NCBI RefSeq assembly: GCF_000143415.4
Contig: NW_003314449.1
Coordinates: 33,326-97,325 of the forward strand
Length of the DNA stretch: 64,000 nucleotides
Direction: 5' to 3'
Source: Selaginella moellendorffii
Lineage: Eukaryota > Plantae > Lycopodiophyta
Position 1 is the stretch's first letter; each line of letters begins with the position of its first letter. Of the stretch, positions 22,682-35,030 are shown in pieces. The position numbers and the translations under genes were made by a program. The notes below the pieces were generated by a model, which saw nothing but the letters and a program-made list of their open reading frames with translations, ran no database searches and had not been told where the DNA came from.

Positions 22682-24508
22682 TGTGAGACACAAAATCCCT
22701 AGGCCCCAGGGTGGAGCCGGAAGGGCGCCACATGGTAGTGGCCGAAGCGAGAGCCAAACGAGCGTAACACGTTTGGACCAAAAGCTCCGACTTGAAAAGT
22801 GAAGAGCGGGAGTGGAACTCCCAACGAATTGCTCGAGGAACAAGCACGAAGCGAGCAAAAGGCAAGGCTCCAAAAAGGGACCCAAAAGGACCAACACATG
22901 ACACGTGGGAGTGTCCGAGATGGACTCGAGATGGAGTCCGAGATGGAGTCCGAGATGGACCCGAGATGGAGTCCGAGATGGAGTCCGAGATGGAGTCCGA
23001 GGTGGACCCGAGATGGACCCTAGTTGGAGTCCAAAGTGGAGTCCGAGATGGACCCGAGATGGAGTCCGAGATGGAGTCCGAGATGGAGTCCGAGGTGGAC
23101 CCAAGATGGACCCGAAATGGAGTCCGAGATGGAGTCCGAGATGGACCCAAGATGGAGTCCGAGATGGAGTCCGAGATGGAGTCCGAGGTGGACCCGAGAT
23201 GGACCCGAAATGGAGTCTGAGATGGAGTCCGAGATGGACCCGAGATGGAGTCCGAGATGGAGTCCGAGATGGACCCGAGATGGACCCGAGATGGAGTTCG
23301 AGATGGAGTCCGAGATGGAGTCCGAGATGGAGTCCGAAGTCGAGACCGAGACCGGAACCGAGACCGGGACCGAGACCGAGACCGAGACCGAGATCGGGAC
23401 CGAGACCGAGACCGAGGCCGAGGCCAAGACCGAGCCCGAGCCCGAGTCCGAGTCCGAATCTGAGTCCGAGTCCGAGTCCGAGTCCGAGTCCGAGTCCGAG
23501 TCCGGAGCCTGAGAGGGTGAAAGCCCAAAGCGTTCGTCTCCCAGACCCTGGGGGGTTTGGTGAGCTCCAAAAGTATAGTAGGGGGAGGACTGCAGTGGAG
23601 CCAGTTTGGCCAGGAAAGGCCAGTTTGGCCCAGGAAGGCCAGACCCAGTGTTGGGTGATGAACTGACCACTGGGAAGTCCAAGACTAGAGTGAATACGGA
23701 CCGACAAGCGGGGTAGCTTGGTGAAGTGTTCAAGAGCCGGCTCTAGTTCCCCCGGGAGATCGACTGGCCGATGCTCCCAGTCCAAGTGTGGGTGGCACTA
23801 CCTACTTGGATACCAAGCGTGGCTCAATGGAACCTCGCTCTAAGCCCATGGCTAGAGCACCTAAAGGCGATAGGTGGGGAGAGTACCCAGGTGGCTCGCG
23901 TAAGGCCACGGTGTTCCGAAATGTTGTCCCAAAGGCCCAGACTGTGGAAAGGAAGAGGAGCAGTCCTCTGGGGTAGTGACCAAGGACACAGTCATGTGGT
24001 GAGGAAGTCCCAGAGGACCGTGGGACTTAGTGGTCGGGCCTGTGGGCCTCGATCCAGTGGCAGTGTTGGCAAACACGGCCAGGGGCAGAAAGGGACTTGG
24101 TAGGAACTGACAAAGGGACTTTGGGGAAGGCAATTCCCCAGGTCTGTGGGCATCCTAAGGATGCTAAGGAGTGGACCTAGGATGACCACTTGTGGACACA
24201 TGGCCCAGTCTTGGAGAGACGAGGTGGTGATGCAAGTGGTGTTGAACCACTAGTGCAGCAAAGGTGAATGGGCATGGCCTTAGCGTAACGGGCCGAGATG
24301 TCAGTGGTACCTTTGGGTGTTGGTCTCAGGACCGGACACGTGGAGCACTTGGACCAGGTGCAAGTGTGGAGTGGCATGGATGCCATTCTTGGGGCTAGCA
24401 AGTCCCAAGTCCTGAATTGGACTGATGGAGGTTGTGAATGAGACTCCTCCAAGTGGTCGGAGGTGTGGTTAAGTGACTAAAGTAGAATGGAAAATTTAGT
24501 CATTTACA
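22682..24508 (+). mobile_element. Solo LTR, 1827 bp, TG...CA, 5-bp TSD GGTTT
   Basis: TGTGAGACAC...TTTACA flanked by GGTTT at 22677-22681 and 24509-24513; transposase sequence continues on both sides. Confidence 0.9.
22915..23503. repeat. Minisatellite inside the LTR: 12-bp GATGGAGTCCGA-type units followed by 6-bp GAGACC/GAGTCC units
   Basis: Read directly. The CGAGGTGGACCC variant recurs at 22998, 23091 and 23184 (93-bp period). Confidence 0.9.
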
Positions 24509-24635
24509 GGTTTGGTTTGCATGAAGGCATGGAGAATCATTTATGGAGTTCCTTGAACCACATTCTACAGAATCAAAACTGAGTTTGAGGAACAAAGGGT
24601 TCAACAGGCAGTCCATGGGAACGACGGTACTCACA

Positions 24636-27400
24636 GGGTTAGAAGGTGGCTTGACCACAACATCGAGCAGAGAAGGTAGGTAGCTTTGTTAAAATCCTTA
24701 TTGACACGGGTGCTTCGGATACTTTTGTGGCTGCAGACATAGTCCGGCAAGCCGGACTAATGGTGCGGTGGCTAGGCGAACCAAGGACTATAGAGTTTGT
24801 TCAAGGTAGCCAAAGCACCGATGAGGTACTTCGACAAGCGAGAGTCGAAGTGGGGACTTGGAAGGTGGACATGGATTTCACCGTGTTGGACATGGCAGAA
24901 TTTGACGTGATCTTCGGAATGGACTGGTTCAATCGATTCGTGGTAGCCCTGCATGGACAAGGTAGAAACCTTGTGGTACTGGCGAATGCCCAAGGAAGAA
25001 GATCTAGGGTGGAGGCCCAAGATCTAAAGGTAGGGCAAAGCAAGGCCAAAGATTCCTGCTTAAACCTAGTGTCCACGAGAGGACAACTCACTAAAGGAAC
25101 TAAGGTGGCCTTTTTGTGCTTACTCTCGGTGAAGAGTGACAAAAAGACAGGAATGGAAGAAGTACCTTTAGTGATCTAGCGGGTGTTGGACCAATTCCAA
25201 GATACCATGCCGGAGGAGCTACCGGCGGGGCTACCCCCAGCACGACCAATAGAACATAAGATTGAGCTAGTCGAGGGTGCTGAGGCAGTGGTTCGTCCCC
25301 CTTATCGTTTGAACGAAAAAGAACTCAAGGAGCTCAAGTGCCAACTAGAGGAGTTGGTGGACAAAGGGTATGTTAGGTTGAGCAAGTCACCGTATGGGGC
25401 GCCGGTGTTATTTGTGAAAAAGAAAGATGGATCTATGCGCATGTGCATAGACTACCGGTTGCTCAACAAGTATACAAAGAAGAACAAGTACCCTTTGTCA
25501 AGGATTGAGGACCTGTTCGATAGGTTGGGAAAGGCAAAATACTTCTCGAGGATTGACCTAAGGTCAGGATACTACCAGATCAGGGTAACCGAGGAAGATG
25601 GAGAAAAGACAACCTGTCAAACGAGATATGGGAGCTTTGAGTTTCTGGTGATGCCCTTCGGGCTATGTAATGCGCCGGCAACGTTTTCGGCGCTAATGAA
25701 CCACATCTTTGTACCCTATCTGGATCACTTCGTGGTCGTCTATATCGACGACATCCTGATCCATAGCGAGACGCTAGAGGAGCATGCCGAACACTTGGCG
25801 AAGGTGTTTGAGAAACTAAGGGAACACAAACTGTATGCTAAAGAGAGCAAATGTGACTTTGCTCAACAAGAGGTAAAGTTTCTCGGGCATGTGGTGGGCC
25901 AGGACGGGCTCAAGGTGGACCTGGAGAAGGTCCAAGCGATCCAGGAATGGGAGCGACCATCCAATGTACATGAGTTGAGGGCATTCCTGGGCTATGCAAC
26001 TACTATCGAAAGTTTATCAGACACTATTCGAGAGTAGCCCTGCCTTAACAGACCAAACAGGAAAAGGGAAGATGGTGTGGACAGCGGAATGCAAGGCGGC
26101 ATTCGTCCACCTGAAAGGGAAGTTGAGGAAGGCTCCCGTATTGGCATTACTAGACTTTGGTAAGGACTTTGAGGTAGAAACGGATACTTCGGACTTTGCG
26201 TTGGGCACAGTTTTGAAGCAAGACAACCATCCGGTAGCGTTCTTCTCGAAGAAGCTGGACAAGGCTCAACGAAAGTGGCCTGCCCATGAGAAGGAATTGT
26301 TTGCGGTGGTCAAGGCGCTCAAGGAGTGGCGACACTACCTTGGGAGACACTTCAAGGTTTACACGGACAATGTGGCAACGAAACACTTCTTGTCACAGCC
26401 CGACCTAAGAGGGAAACAAGGTCGGTGGGCCAATGCCTTGGCTGAGTTTGATTGCGAGATTCTGTACAAGCTTGGGAAGAGCAACATCGTGGCGGATGCG
26501 CTAAGTCGAAAAGCGAGCTTGAGGTTGGCAATATCCAGCGCAACAGCAACCTTCTGGGACGATGTGTCGACAGCATATGAGAACGATGGTCTAGCACAAA
26601 AAGTGTTGCTGAGGAATCTAGAGGCGCGGGAAGCTCACCAGAGTGGTGAGCTGCCAACGGAAGAGAAAACGGGCTATGCGGAACGCAACGGACTCATCTA
26701 TTACAAGCAAACGAGGGTGTATGTTCCAGAAGGGGAACTAAGGAAGGTGGCCTTAGAAGAGTGTCATGACGGACCGCTTGCGGGACACGGCGGAGTGCCC
26801 AAGATGATGGGCTTACTCAAAAGGAAGTACCATTGGCCAGATATGGCTAAGGACGTCCAAGACTATGTAAAGACATGTCTAACATGTCAGCAGGTAAAAG
26901 CCGTGACTAAGGCTAGTGGGGGCTTGTTGCAAAGCATCCCAATTCCAGATCGCCCGTGGAAATGTCTTACGATGGACTTCATCACGGGACTCCCCCCAAG
27001 CGAGGGGTTTGATGTGATATTCGTGGTGGTGGACCGATTTTCGAAAATGGCACATTTCATACCCACCACAACGGAGGTGGATGCGGAAGGTGTGGCGAAG
27101 CTGTTCTTCGAGTGGTTCGAGTGCGGGGAAGACCGGAAGAGATCATCTCAGATCGAGATAAGATCTTCACCAGTAGGTTCTGGAGGACTCTCCTAGAACA
27201 GTATCGCACCAAGTTGAAATTCAGCACAGCCTATCACCCACAGACAGGTATGGGGTATTAAGTCAAGTTGTTGGCACTAACACTTCTTGACAGACGGACA
27301 AATAGAAAGGGTGAATAGGCAGCTGGAGGATTATTTGCGATGCTATGTCTCGGGAGACCAAACCGATTGGGTAAGTCATTTGGGACTACTATACAAAAGC
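24636..27400 (+). pseudogene. Ty3/Gypsy chromovirus pol (protease-RT-RNase H-integrase), family A, with stops and frameshifts
   Basis: ILIDTGAS, YIDD, ETDTSD, HHCC zinc finger, MDFITGLP, VDRFSK, YHPQT. Confidence 0.9.
27248..27293 (+). other. 46-nt GT-AG intron-like insert in the integrase core
   Basis: ACA G|GTATGG...CACTAAC...GACAG|AC GGA; removal restores YHPQTDGQIERVN. Confidence 0.75.
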
Positions 27401-28720
27401 ATGCTGACAAGCTGGTGTCTATGAAACAAAATACTACTCTTCGTCAACTCAGTCGACGGAAGAGTAATTCTTGCAAAATTAAACTTGCGATAGTATCCCA
27501 CCAAACCGAGAAAGGAATGAACATCTGATACAATGGTTAGGACTTCCCAGGACTTCACCACTTCCACCTTCTTTAGATCCACCTCAATTACGCCACCACC
27601 AACTATATGTCCGAGAAAGTTTACATGCAATTGTCCAAAAGCACATTTACTTTTCTTAGTATATAGTTTGTGTTCGCGCAACTTCTAAAACACCAGCTCC
27701 AAATGTTTCAAATGATCCTCCAACATTTCGTTGAAGACTAGAGCATTGTCGATGTATAGGACAGCAAATGTGTCCAAATAATCTCTAAATATTCTATCCA
27801 TCATAGTGTTGAACGTTGCCAGAGCATTGCATAACCCAAACGGCATAACAAGGAACTCATAAGATCCATATCGAGTCTTAAAGGTTGTCTTCTCCACATC
27901 CTAATCTACAACCATATCTGATGATACTTGGACCACAAATCAAATCATGTAAAATACTTAGCCTTTAAGAGTTGGTCAAACAAGTCATTAATGCTAGGCA
28001 AAGGATAATTGTTTTTAACCGTGATCTTGTTGAGTGCCCCATAGTCAATACACATCCTCATGGTTCCATCCTTTTTCATAACAAAAAGGACCGGCACTCC
28101 ATAAGGTGACATGCTTGGTCGGATATGACCTTTATCAAAAAGCTTTGTGAGTTGCTTCTTGAGTTCAGCCATCTCCTTGATGTTCAAACAATACAGAGCT
28201 TTTGTAGGTGGTTTAGAACCTGGAATAACCTCAATCCGATGATCAATCTCACGGCTAGGAGGTAGCCCTGGTGGTAAATCCTTAGGAAAGATATCCTGAT
28301 TCCTTGCCAACAACTCCAATATCTTTGTTGGTACAGCATGAACTCCATCACCAATTTGAATTGAGTTACCAACACTCTTAGCTTCCATCATTTGAACCCA
28401 AAAGGTCCGATATCCCCTCTTAGCTACATTTTGAGCAGCCCTCGCAGTTAAGAACTTTGCATCCCAATCCTTTGAGGAACGCCTTTGCAACTGGGAGGAT
28501 ACATCAAGACATCTTTCTAAATTCAACGTGATACAACTTTGTCCAGCACCATAAATCCCTTTTATATATTTTTTGAAGAAATCCATACCAAATACCATCT
28601 AAAAATCTGGTGTCATCAACACTACCAAGTCCACTCTTTCTTTCCTCTTGGATATTTTTATTGGAACATCACTCACAAACCTTCTGGCTACTTGCCCACC
28701 TTCCACAAATAGGAAGTGCA
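27401..28720 (-). pseudogene. Ty3/Gypsy protease-RT fragment
   Basis: [39 protein letters not shown]. Confidence 0.85.
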
Positions 28721-28879
28721 TAGGTGATATTTGAACTTTGAAACTCATGCAACTGGGGGCAGCTGCAAAACTTCATCATCCTCAGACCCTGAAGAGGAGT
28801 CCGATTGCTTAGGTTTAGCGGGTTTAGCTACCTCAGCTTCTTTCTTCCTCTTCTTGTTCTCCTTCAATTTGCAAACTTC

Positions 28880-29345
28880 CCTTGGACACGGGACAAACAC
28901 CATTGTGTTGAGGCCAATCTCTACATTCTGTCGATATGCCAAATGAGCAATTCTAGACACTTTCTATAAATAGCATTTGGGACCAAAATAAGACTAACAC
29001 AAAGGGTATGATAGCGAGAGTGTTTGTCAAACATAGTAAGCTATCATATAATGATATTGAGGGACTAAACTCAATATTGAAGGGGTTCCCAACACTAGCA
29101 AGTGCAAGTCAACAAATGAGTTTCTCTAACTAGGTCAAGTATGCTTGACAAATAGCATGTAGGATTTCCTTCCTTATGCTCATCTAGTCAAGTGCACACA
29201 CGAGGACCAGTTTCTCAACTACTTTGGGTGGAGACCATAAAAGGGACCAACAGTACCGACCTCCTGCCATCGTGGTAGTAAGAAAAGAGTGTCCGTAAAG
29301 ATAGGCTAACAAGTATCTTTTGATACCCAAAGTCACATTCACGAC
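28880..29345 (-). mobile_element. Family B LTR fragment
   Basis: Close similarity to about 12610-13075. Confidence 0.7.
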
Positions 29346-29349
29346 AAAG

Positions 29350-29760
29350 ATTTACAGGGAAGTTTTGGGGCACACTATTCCAATTGTTCAATACCAAGTT
29401 GAAGTTTAGTATAGCTTATCATCTTCAAACTAATGGGTAGACTGAACACATGAATGCCCAAGTTGAGGATTATCTGCAGTACTATGTTGCGGCAGACCAA
29501 TGCGACTAGGTTGAGCATTTAGACACGGCAGAATTTGTTATAACAACACATTTGAGAGTGCTATTGGCTGTTCTCCATGGGAGATGCTACAAGGGAATGC
29601 TTGTGGGTACCTCAACAGATTGTTGTACCGAAACCAATGTCTAAAGTTTTAGTTCCAGCCATTAAGACTTATGCAGAGTAGCTACGCCAAGGTTGGTTTA
29701 GAGCTACTAAGGCGATAGGCAAAGCTCAAGATAGGTATTGATGTGATAAGGATTACCATC
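29350..29760 (+). pseudogene. Gypsy integrase fragment of another family, without the intron-like insert
   Basis: KLKFSIAYHLQTNG*TE..VEDYLQYYV. Confidence 0.65.
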
Positions 29761-29769
29761 ATCGGGATG

Positions 29770-32700
29770 TAGTGTTCCTCTCGAAGAAGTTGGATAAGGC
29801 TCAGCAAAAGTGTCCTGCCCACAAGAAGAAACTCTTTGTGGTGGTCAGGGCACTCAAGGAGTGGCAACACTACCTTAGGAGACACTTCAAAATTTACACA
29901 AATATTGTGGCAACAAAACACTTCTTGTCACAGCCCAACCTAAGAGGGAAATAGGGTTAGTGGGCCAATGCTTTGGCCGAGTTTGACTTTAGTCAACAAA
30001 AGGTAAAGTTTTTCGGGCATGTGGTGGGCAAGGATAGGCTCAAGGTGGACCCTGAAAAGGTGTAAGAAATCCAGGAATAGGAATGACTATCGAATGTACA
30101 TGAGTTAAGGGTGTAAGCAACCAAAGGGAACGACTTGAGAGACGGTCCATGGGGTTCAAATATAGAGGGAAAGGGCCCATGAACAAGAGTGCACCCCCTT
30201 TTCCAATCGGTTAAGGGTCTTGGGATATTTGGGGTTAAGCGTCCTTGGGTTTGAATAGTACTGGGCTGGGTGACCTCCCGGGAAGTCTAAACTTAGGAGT
30301 TTACAAAGGGCATTTCTAGGGCTATGAAATTACTACTGAAAGTCTATCAAACACTATTCGAGAGTAACCCTACCTTTAATAGACCAAATGGGAAAAGGGA
30401 AGATGGTATGAACAACGGAATGCAAAGCGGCATTTGTCCACCTCAAAGAGAAGTTTAGGAAGGCTCCTATGCTGGCATTACTAGACTTTGGTAAAGACTT
30501 TGAGGTATAAACAGATGTCTAAGACTTTGCATTGGGTACAGTTTTGAAGCAAGATAACCATCCAACAGCGTTTTTCTCTAAAAAGTTACACAAGGCTCAA
30601 TGAAAATAGCCTGCCCACGAGAAGGAATTGTTTGTGATGGTCAAGGTGCTCAAGGAGTGGCGACACTACCTTGGGAGACACTTCAAAGTTTACACGGATA
30701 ATGTGGCAATAAAACACTTCTTGTCATAGCCCAACTTGAGAGGGAAATAGCGTCAGTGGGCCAATGCTTTGGCCAAGTTTGATTGCAAAATTCTATATAC
30801 AACTGGGAAGAACAACATTGTGGCGGATGCTCTAAGTCAAAAAGCAAGCTTAAATTAGGTGATATTCAGTGTGATAGCAACCTTTTAGAATGATGTGCGG
30901 ACAGCATATAAGAATGATAGTCTAGCACAAAAAGTGTTGTTGAGGAACCAAGAGGTGTAGGAAGCTCACTAGAAAGGTGAACTACCAAAGGAAGAGAAAA
31001 TAGGCTATGCAAAATACAATAGACTCATCTATTATAAATAGAAGATAGCACATTTCACACCCACCACAAAGGAAGTGGATGCGAAAAGTGTGGCAAAGCT
31101 ATTTTTCAAATAAGTGGTTCGAGTGCAAGGAAGGCCAGAAGAGATTCTCTCAGATCGAAATAAGATCTTCATTAATAGGTTTATGAGAACTCTCCTGGAA
31201 TAGTATTGCACTAAGTTGAAATTCAGTATAGCGTATCACCCACAGATAGGTATTGGGTATTAAGTCAAGTTTTGATGACACTAACACTTCTTGACATACG
31301 GACAAACAAAAAGGATGAATAGGCAGCTAGAGGATTATTTGTGATGCTATGTCTCTAGAAACTAAATTGATTGGGTAAGTCATTTAAGACTTGTGCAAAT
31401 GTGTTATAACAACTCACCACACTCGAGTATCGGGGTGAGTCCATGGGAAGTCATCAATGGGCAAACTATTGAAGGTTCTATGGAACTTAATGTGGCCAAG
31501 TATATGGAGACTTACCTACAATGGAGGCATTCATGGTGGAAAGACTCAATATTTGGAATCTAGTGAGGAATTCCTTGGAACGTGCTCAATAAAGGCAAAC
31601 TAAATACGTGAACCAAAAGTGTCGGGATATAGAGTTTTCACCTGGGGATAAAGTGTGGCTAAACACCAAGAACCTAAAGTTACTAAGTAGGATCAGTCGG
31701 AAGTTGAACCAAAGGTAAAATGCATGCATTTCTGGAAATGAACTGATCTTGAGCTCCTTATGCATGTTTGCAGGGCCTTATGAGATTGAGGCTCGAATTG
31801 GTAAGGTGGCTTATTGCCTCTGACTTCCTCGCGAGATGGGGAAGATGCACCCTATGTTCCACGTGAACTTACTCAAGCTGTACTTTGAGGATCCACTTTG
31901 CAAGGGCCAAGTGAGACCTTTACCTGAGGTTATCCAAAGGGAAGAGGAATACAAAGTCGAAGCCATCCTCAATGCATGCAAGAGCAAGTGACAAGGACGT
32001 AAAGTGAGGGAGTTCCATGTGAAGTGAAAAGTATTTCCACACTGCGAAGCAATATGGGAACCGAAGGAGAATCTAACAAATGCACAAAATCTAATGGAGG
32101 AATTTTTGCAAGGTAAAACTCTATGTATTTATGTAAATTTCAATTAAAGAATCTATTTGAGGAATTGAGCAATATCATATATTGGGACCCGAAAGTGTGT
32201 CAAATGTAAGCTAATTAGCATGGGTTAGCTAGGTCGACCAGGAGTAGGGAACTACATCTGACTCCCTATGGGGACGTCGAATCCATAGATGTATTCTACA
32301 GAGGTTGGGTTCGAGTCCCAACCCCTTAGTAAAGCAAGGTTTGGTTCAAGTCCCAACCCCATACTAGGGCATGGTGAAGTGAGGGGTATAGGGACACCTA
32401 TATTCTGTTGTTATGAACTCTTGGCCGAGGATGCTAACTTAAGCACACCACTAAGTGAGGGGATGCCCCCAAAGACATGGTCAACAAGCTATAAGATTAA
32501 AAAGAGATATTCAATATGGGCATTAAATTTCTTGTATAGGTGGTGGAGTTATAAGAAACCAAATCATTGAGGTGTTACAGGCTGAAGGATCCTCAAAAGC
32601 ATGATCAAAAAGATAAACATTTCATCGGATGAGACCGAGTTCGAGACCTACTCTGAGACCAATTTCGAGACCGAGCGGTCTCGGACCCGATCTCAGATCT

Positions 32701-33648
32701 CAGACTTGGTCTCGGTCTCGGACTCGATCTTGTAGTTGGTCTCCGACTCGATCTCAGATCTGAGACCGAGTCTAAGGTTGGGTCTGAGATCGAGTCCGAG
32801 ATCAAGTTCGAGATTGAGTCCAAGACCGAATCCGAATACTAATATAGGTCGTGGGGTGAAAGCCCAAAGCATGTGTCTCCAAGGGGGGGGGGGGCTGTAG
32901 GGGGTTCCAAAAGTATAGTAGGGATAGTGAGGTCTCGAAACCAATTTTAAAGGAATTCTTTAGTGGTGTTTCCGAACTAACTTGAGGTTAAGACTGGGGC
33001 TTAGGGGCCTTAAGTGAGAGTGAGCATGGACTCAGGTGGTGCTGAAGGGGCCACCCAAAGAAGTTCTTAAGAGCAGCTCTCACTCCCGAAAGGGAAACCA
33101 CTGTAGTGCTCCTAGCTCATATGGAGTGGTGCTCCACTTGAGTACCTTGCAGCTCATTGGTCCTTGCCCTTCTTAGGGGCTTGGGCCTTCCCTTCAGGAT
33201 GGAAGTGGGAGAGTAGGGGTGCCCATACTAGGCTGTTAAGCCACAGTGTTTTGCCCTAGTATCCCGAAGTAAGTATTGCACCCAAGGCTTGGGATTTAGA
33301 GGGTCCCATGATTAGGTTTTATTGTACCAAGGGATGTTAGGAACCTAGATGCTTGGTGTGCTTGGCCACTTGTGCCTACAGGGAGTGTAGCTGAACCTTA
33401 AGTCCAATCTAACCCAGAGAGAGGGATTGGGAAAGAATTTAGGAATTCGTGGATGAATGGTTAACACTCCGTTGCTTGTGCAGTGAGTTGCTGAAACCAA
33501 GTAGGACCAAGTAAGAGTTGGTACAATAAGCAGGAATCTTGGTAAGGGAACTTAACTAAGGCCAAGGTTGTGGTGGTTGGATAGACAAGGTAAGCTAGCA
33601 AATTGGAAAGGAAAAATTTATGGCTTGCACCCGAATCCAGCACTTACA
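29770..33648 (+). mobile_element. Degenerate family A chromovirus: RNase H-integrase-chromodomain plus putative 3' LTR (about 32409-33648) containing the minisatellite
   Basis: Homologous to 25860-27400 and to the reverse complement of 37248-39560. Chromodomain EEYKVEAIL..WEP; ends ...CTTACA. Confidence 0.8.
30112..30305 (+). mobile_element. Cassandra-type TRIM solo LTR (194 bp) with a 5S rRNA-like segment, TSD AAGGG
   Basis: TGTAAGC...TTTACA flanked by AAGGG at 30107-30111 and 30306-30310. GTTAAGCGTCCTTGGG...TAGTACTGGGCTGGGTGACCTCCCGGGAAGTC (30234-30288) resembles the 5S A/C-box region. Confidence 0.85.
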
Positions 33649-33877
33649 CGCAAAATGGTGTTAGACAATATTTGGCACAATTTTGGCATACTAATGGCCT
33701 AACGCGAGGAGGGTACCCCATTGACTAAAGCAGTGTGGAGCTTGGGCTTAAACCCAAGCCAGATGCAAAATAAGGAACAACATAGCCTAGCGGGAGCCAA
33801 ACTAATGTCTCAAATGGTCAAACATGCATTCAAACCACTATCCTTACTATACATTTGAAACCCCCCATAACCCCCCT

Positions 33878-35008
33878 TATTAGGCAACATCTTTGACCAC
33901 ATGGTCAATGTCGGTCAAAAGGAGGCTCATGGGTATTTTAAGGCATATTAGGGTAAGGGTCTTAACCTACCTTAGGGCTCACAGTGGAGTGGCATCATAG
34001 TGGAGCTTTTGAGGTAGCTCGAGGGTGGTTGGGTGATGAGGAGCTTCAAAAGGTGGCGTAGCATAGTCTAAGGCAACTAGATCTTTGTCTTTTTACACCA
34101 GATCATAACATTGGTATCAAAGAAGTTGGTTGCGATGGTTGACCAAGCTGAACACTGGAATCCTGTTGTCAATGGTGGTGCCGAAGATGGTGCTGACAAA
34201 GCTGCAAAGATTTGGATCATTCAAGATATTCATGAGTTGCGAGCCCTTAATCAAAATTAGCAAGAGATGCAAGACAAGATGCATGGGATGATAGATACCA
34301 TGCATGAGCATGTTGAGGCACTCAAGGCTGGACATGGTAGTGCTCTAAATAAGCCTTTCTTGGTAGATCAACTCAAGATTCTAACCTTTTCTAGTGATGG
34401 TGGTGTGGATGAGTGTCTTGCTTGGCTAGCCAATGTGAAGAAGTTCCTGGCTGCTAAGGGAACTCTAGATGTAGAGGATTTAATGGCTATTCCAATGATT
34501 TTGCGTGATGTGGGTCTGCGGTGGTGGAATTGGCTTGAGGAGTCTCGTGTTGCAGATAACAAACCACCAGTGTCTACCATGGATGAGTTTGAGGTTGCTT
34601 TCTATTTATGTTTTGCCCCTCACTACAACATGGAAAATGCTTGTACAGAACTTCAACATTTTCAGCAAGGGAAAATGACGCTCGGGGACGATATTGAGAA
34701 GCTTGCTCGCTTGATTAGCCATGTTCCAATGAAGGATCTAGATTAGAACAAGTCCTACTTCATTGATGGCCTTCATAGTGAGAGCATGTGGCAACACTTG
34801 CGTCATTCTCAGCCTACAAAGAGTTTAGAGGAGCTATTTGATGCAGCTTATCGACTTGACAATGACAACTACAAGTCTCACAAGCATTCTTGGAGTATTT
34901 CTGTCGAGAATTGTCATGATGATTGCCATGGACACAAGGATGGGAACAAGCACCAAGTTGAAGTCTATGGTGACTACTTCGGAAAGGGGTCAAAGAATTA
35001 GAAGTTAA
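33878..35008 (+). mobile_element. Family C Gypsy 5' LTR, PBS and decayed gag
   Basis: LTR similar to 45661-45877, ending GATCATAACA followed by TTGGTATCA; gag-like GLRWWNWLEE..FQQGKMT. Confidence 0.75.
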
Positions 35009-35030
35009 GCTCTATTTCGTTAAAGTGGGA
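35009..35030 (+). repeat. Terminal inverted repeat, transposase-side end
   Basis: Exact reverse complement of 10494-10515; sequence inside the TIR differs from the other end. Confidence 0.85.

Larger units (their letters stand above)
13233..24635. mobile_element. Large TIR DNA transposon, copy 2 (inverted relative to copy 1, degenerate, truncated within the transposase)
   Basis: Reverse-complement homology to about 2143-10515, plus an extra 1.24-kb segment (15123-16361). Starts with the TIR and is interrupted by a solo LTR at 22682-24508. Confidence 0.9.
21834..24635 (+). pseudogene. Transposase 5' part, copy 2, disrupted by a stop, a solo LTR and truncation
   Basis: Matches the N-terminal third of the copy 1 ORF. 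TGG>TAG at 22320. Coding sequence resumes at 24509 (VCMKAWRIIYGV) and ends near 24635. Confidence 0.9.

Noticed and set aside
22641-23785. Long ORFs of 140-378 aa in several frames (SR-, GL-, SD- and MESE-repeat proteins)
   Set aside because: They arise from a stop-free minisatellite inside a solo LTR and are open in most frames on both strands.
30234-30288. 5S rRNA gene
   Set aside because: Only an internal part of 5S, embedded in a TG...CA LTR with a TSD; it is Cassandra-like.
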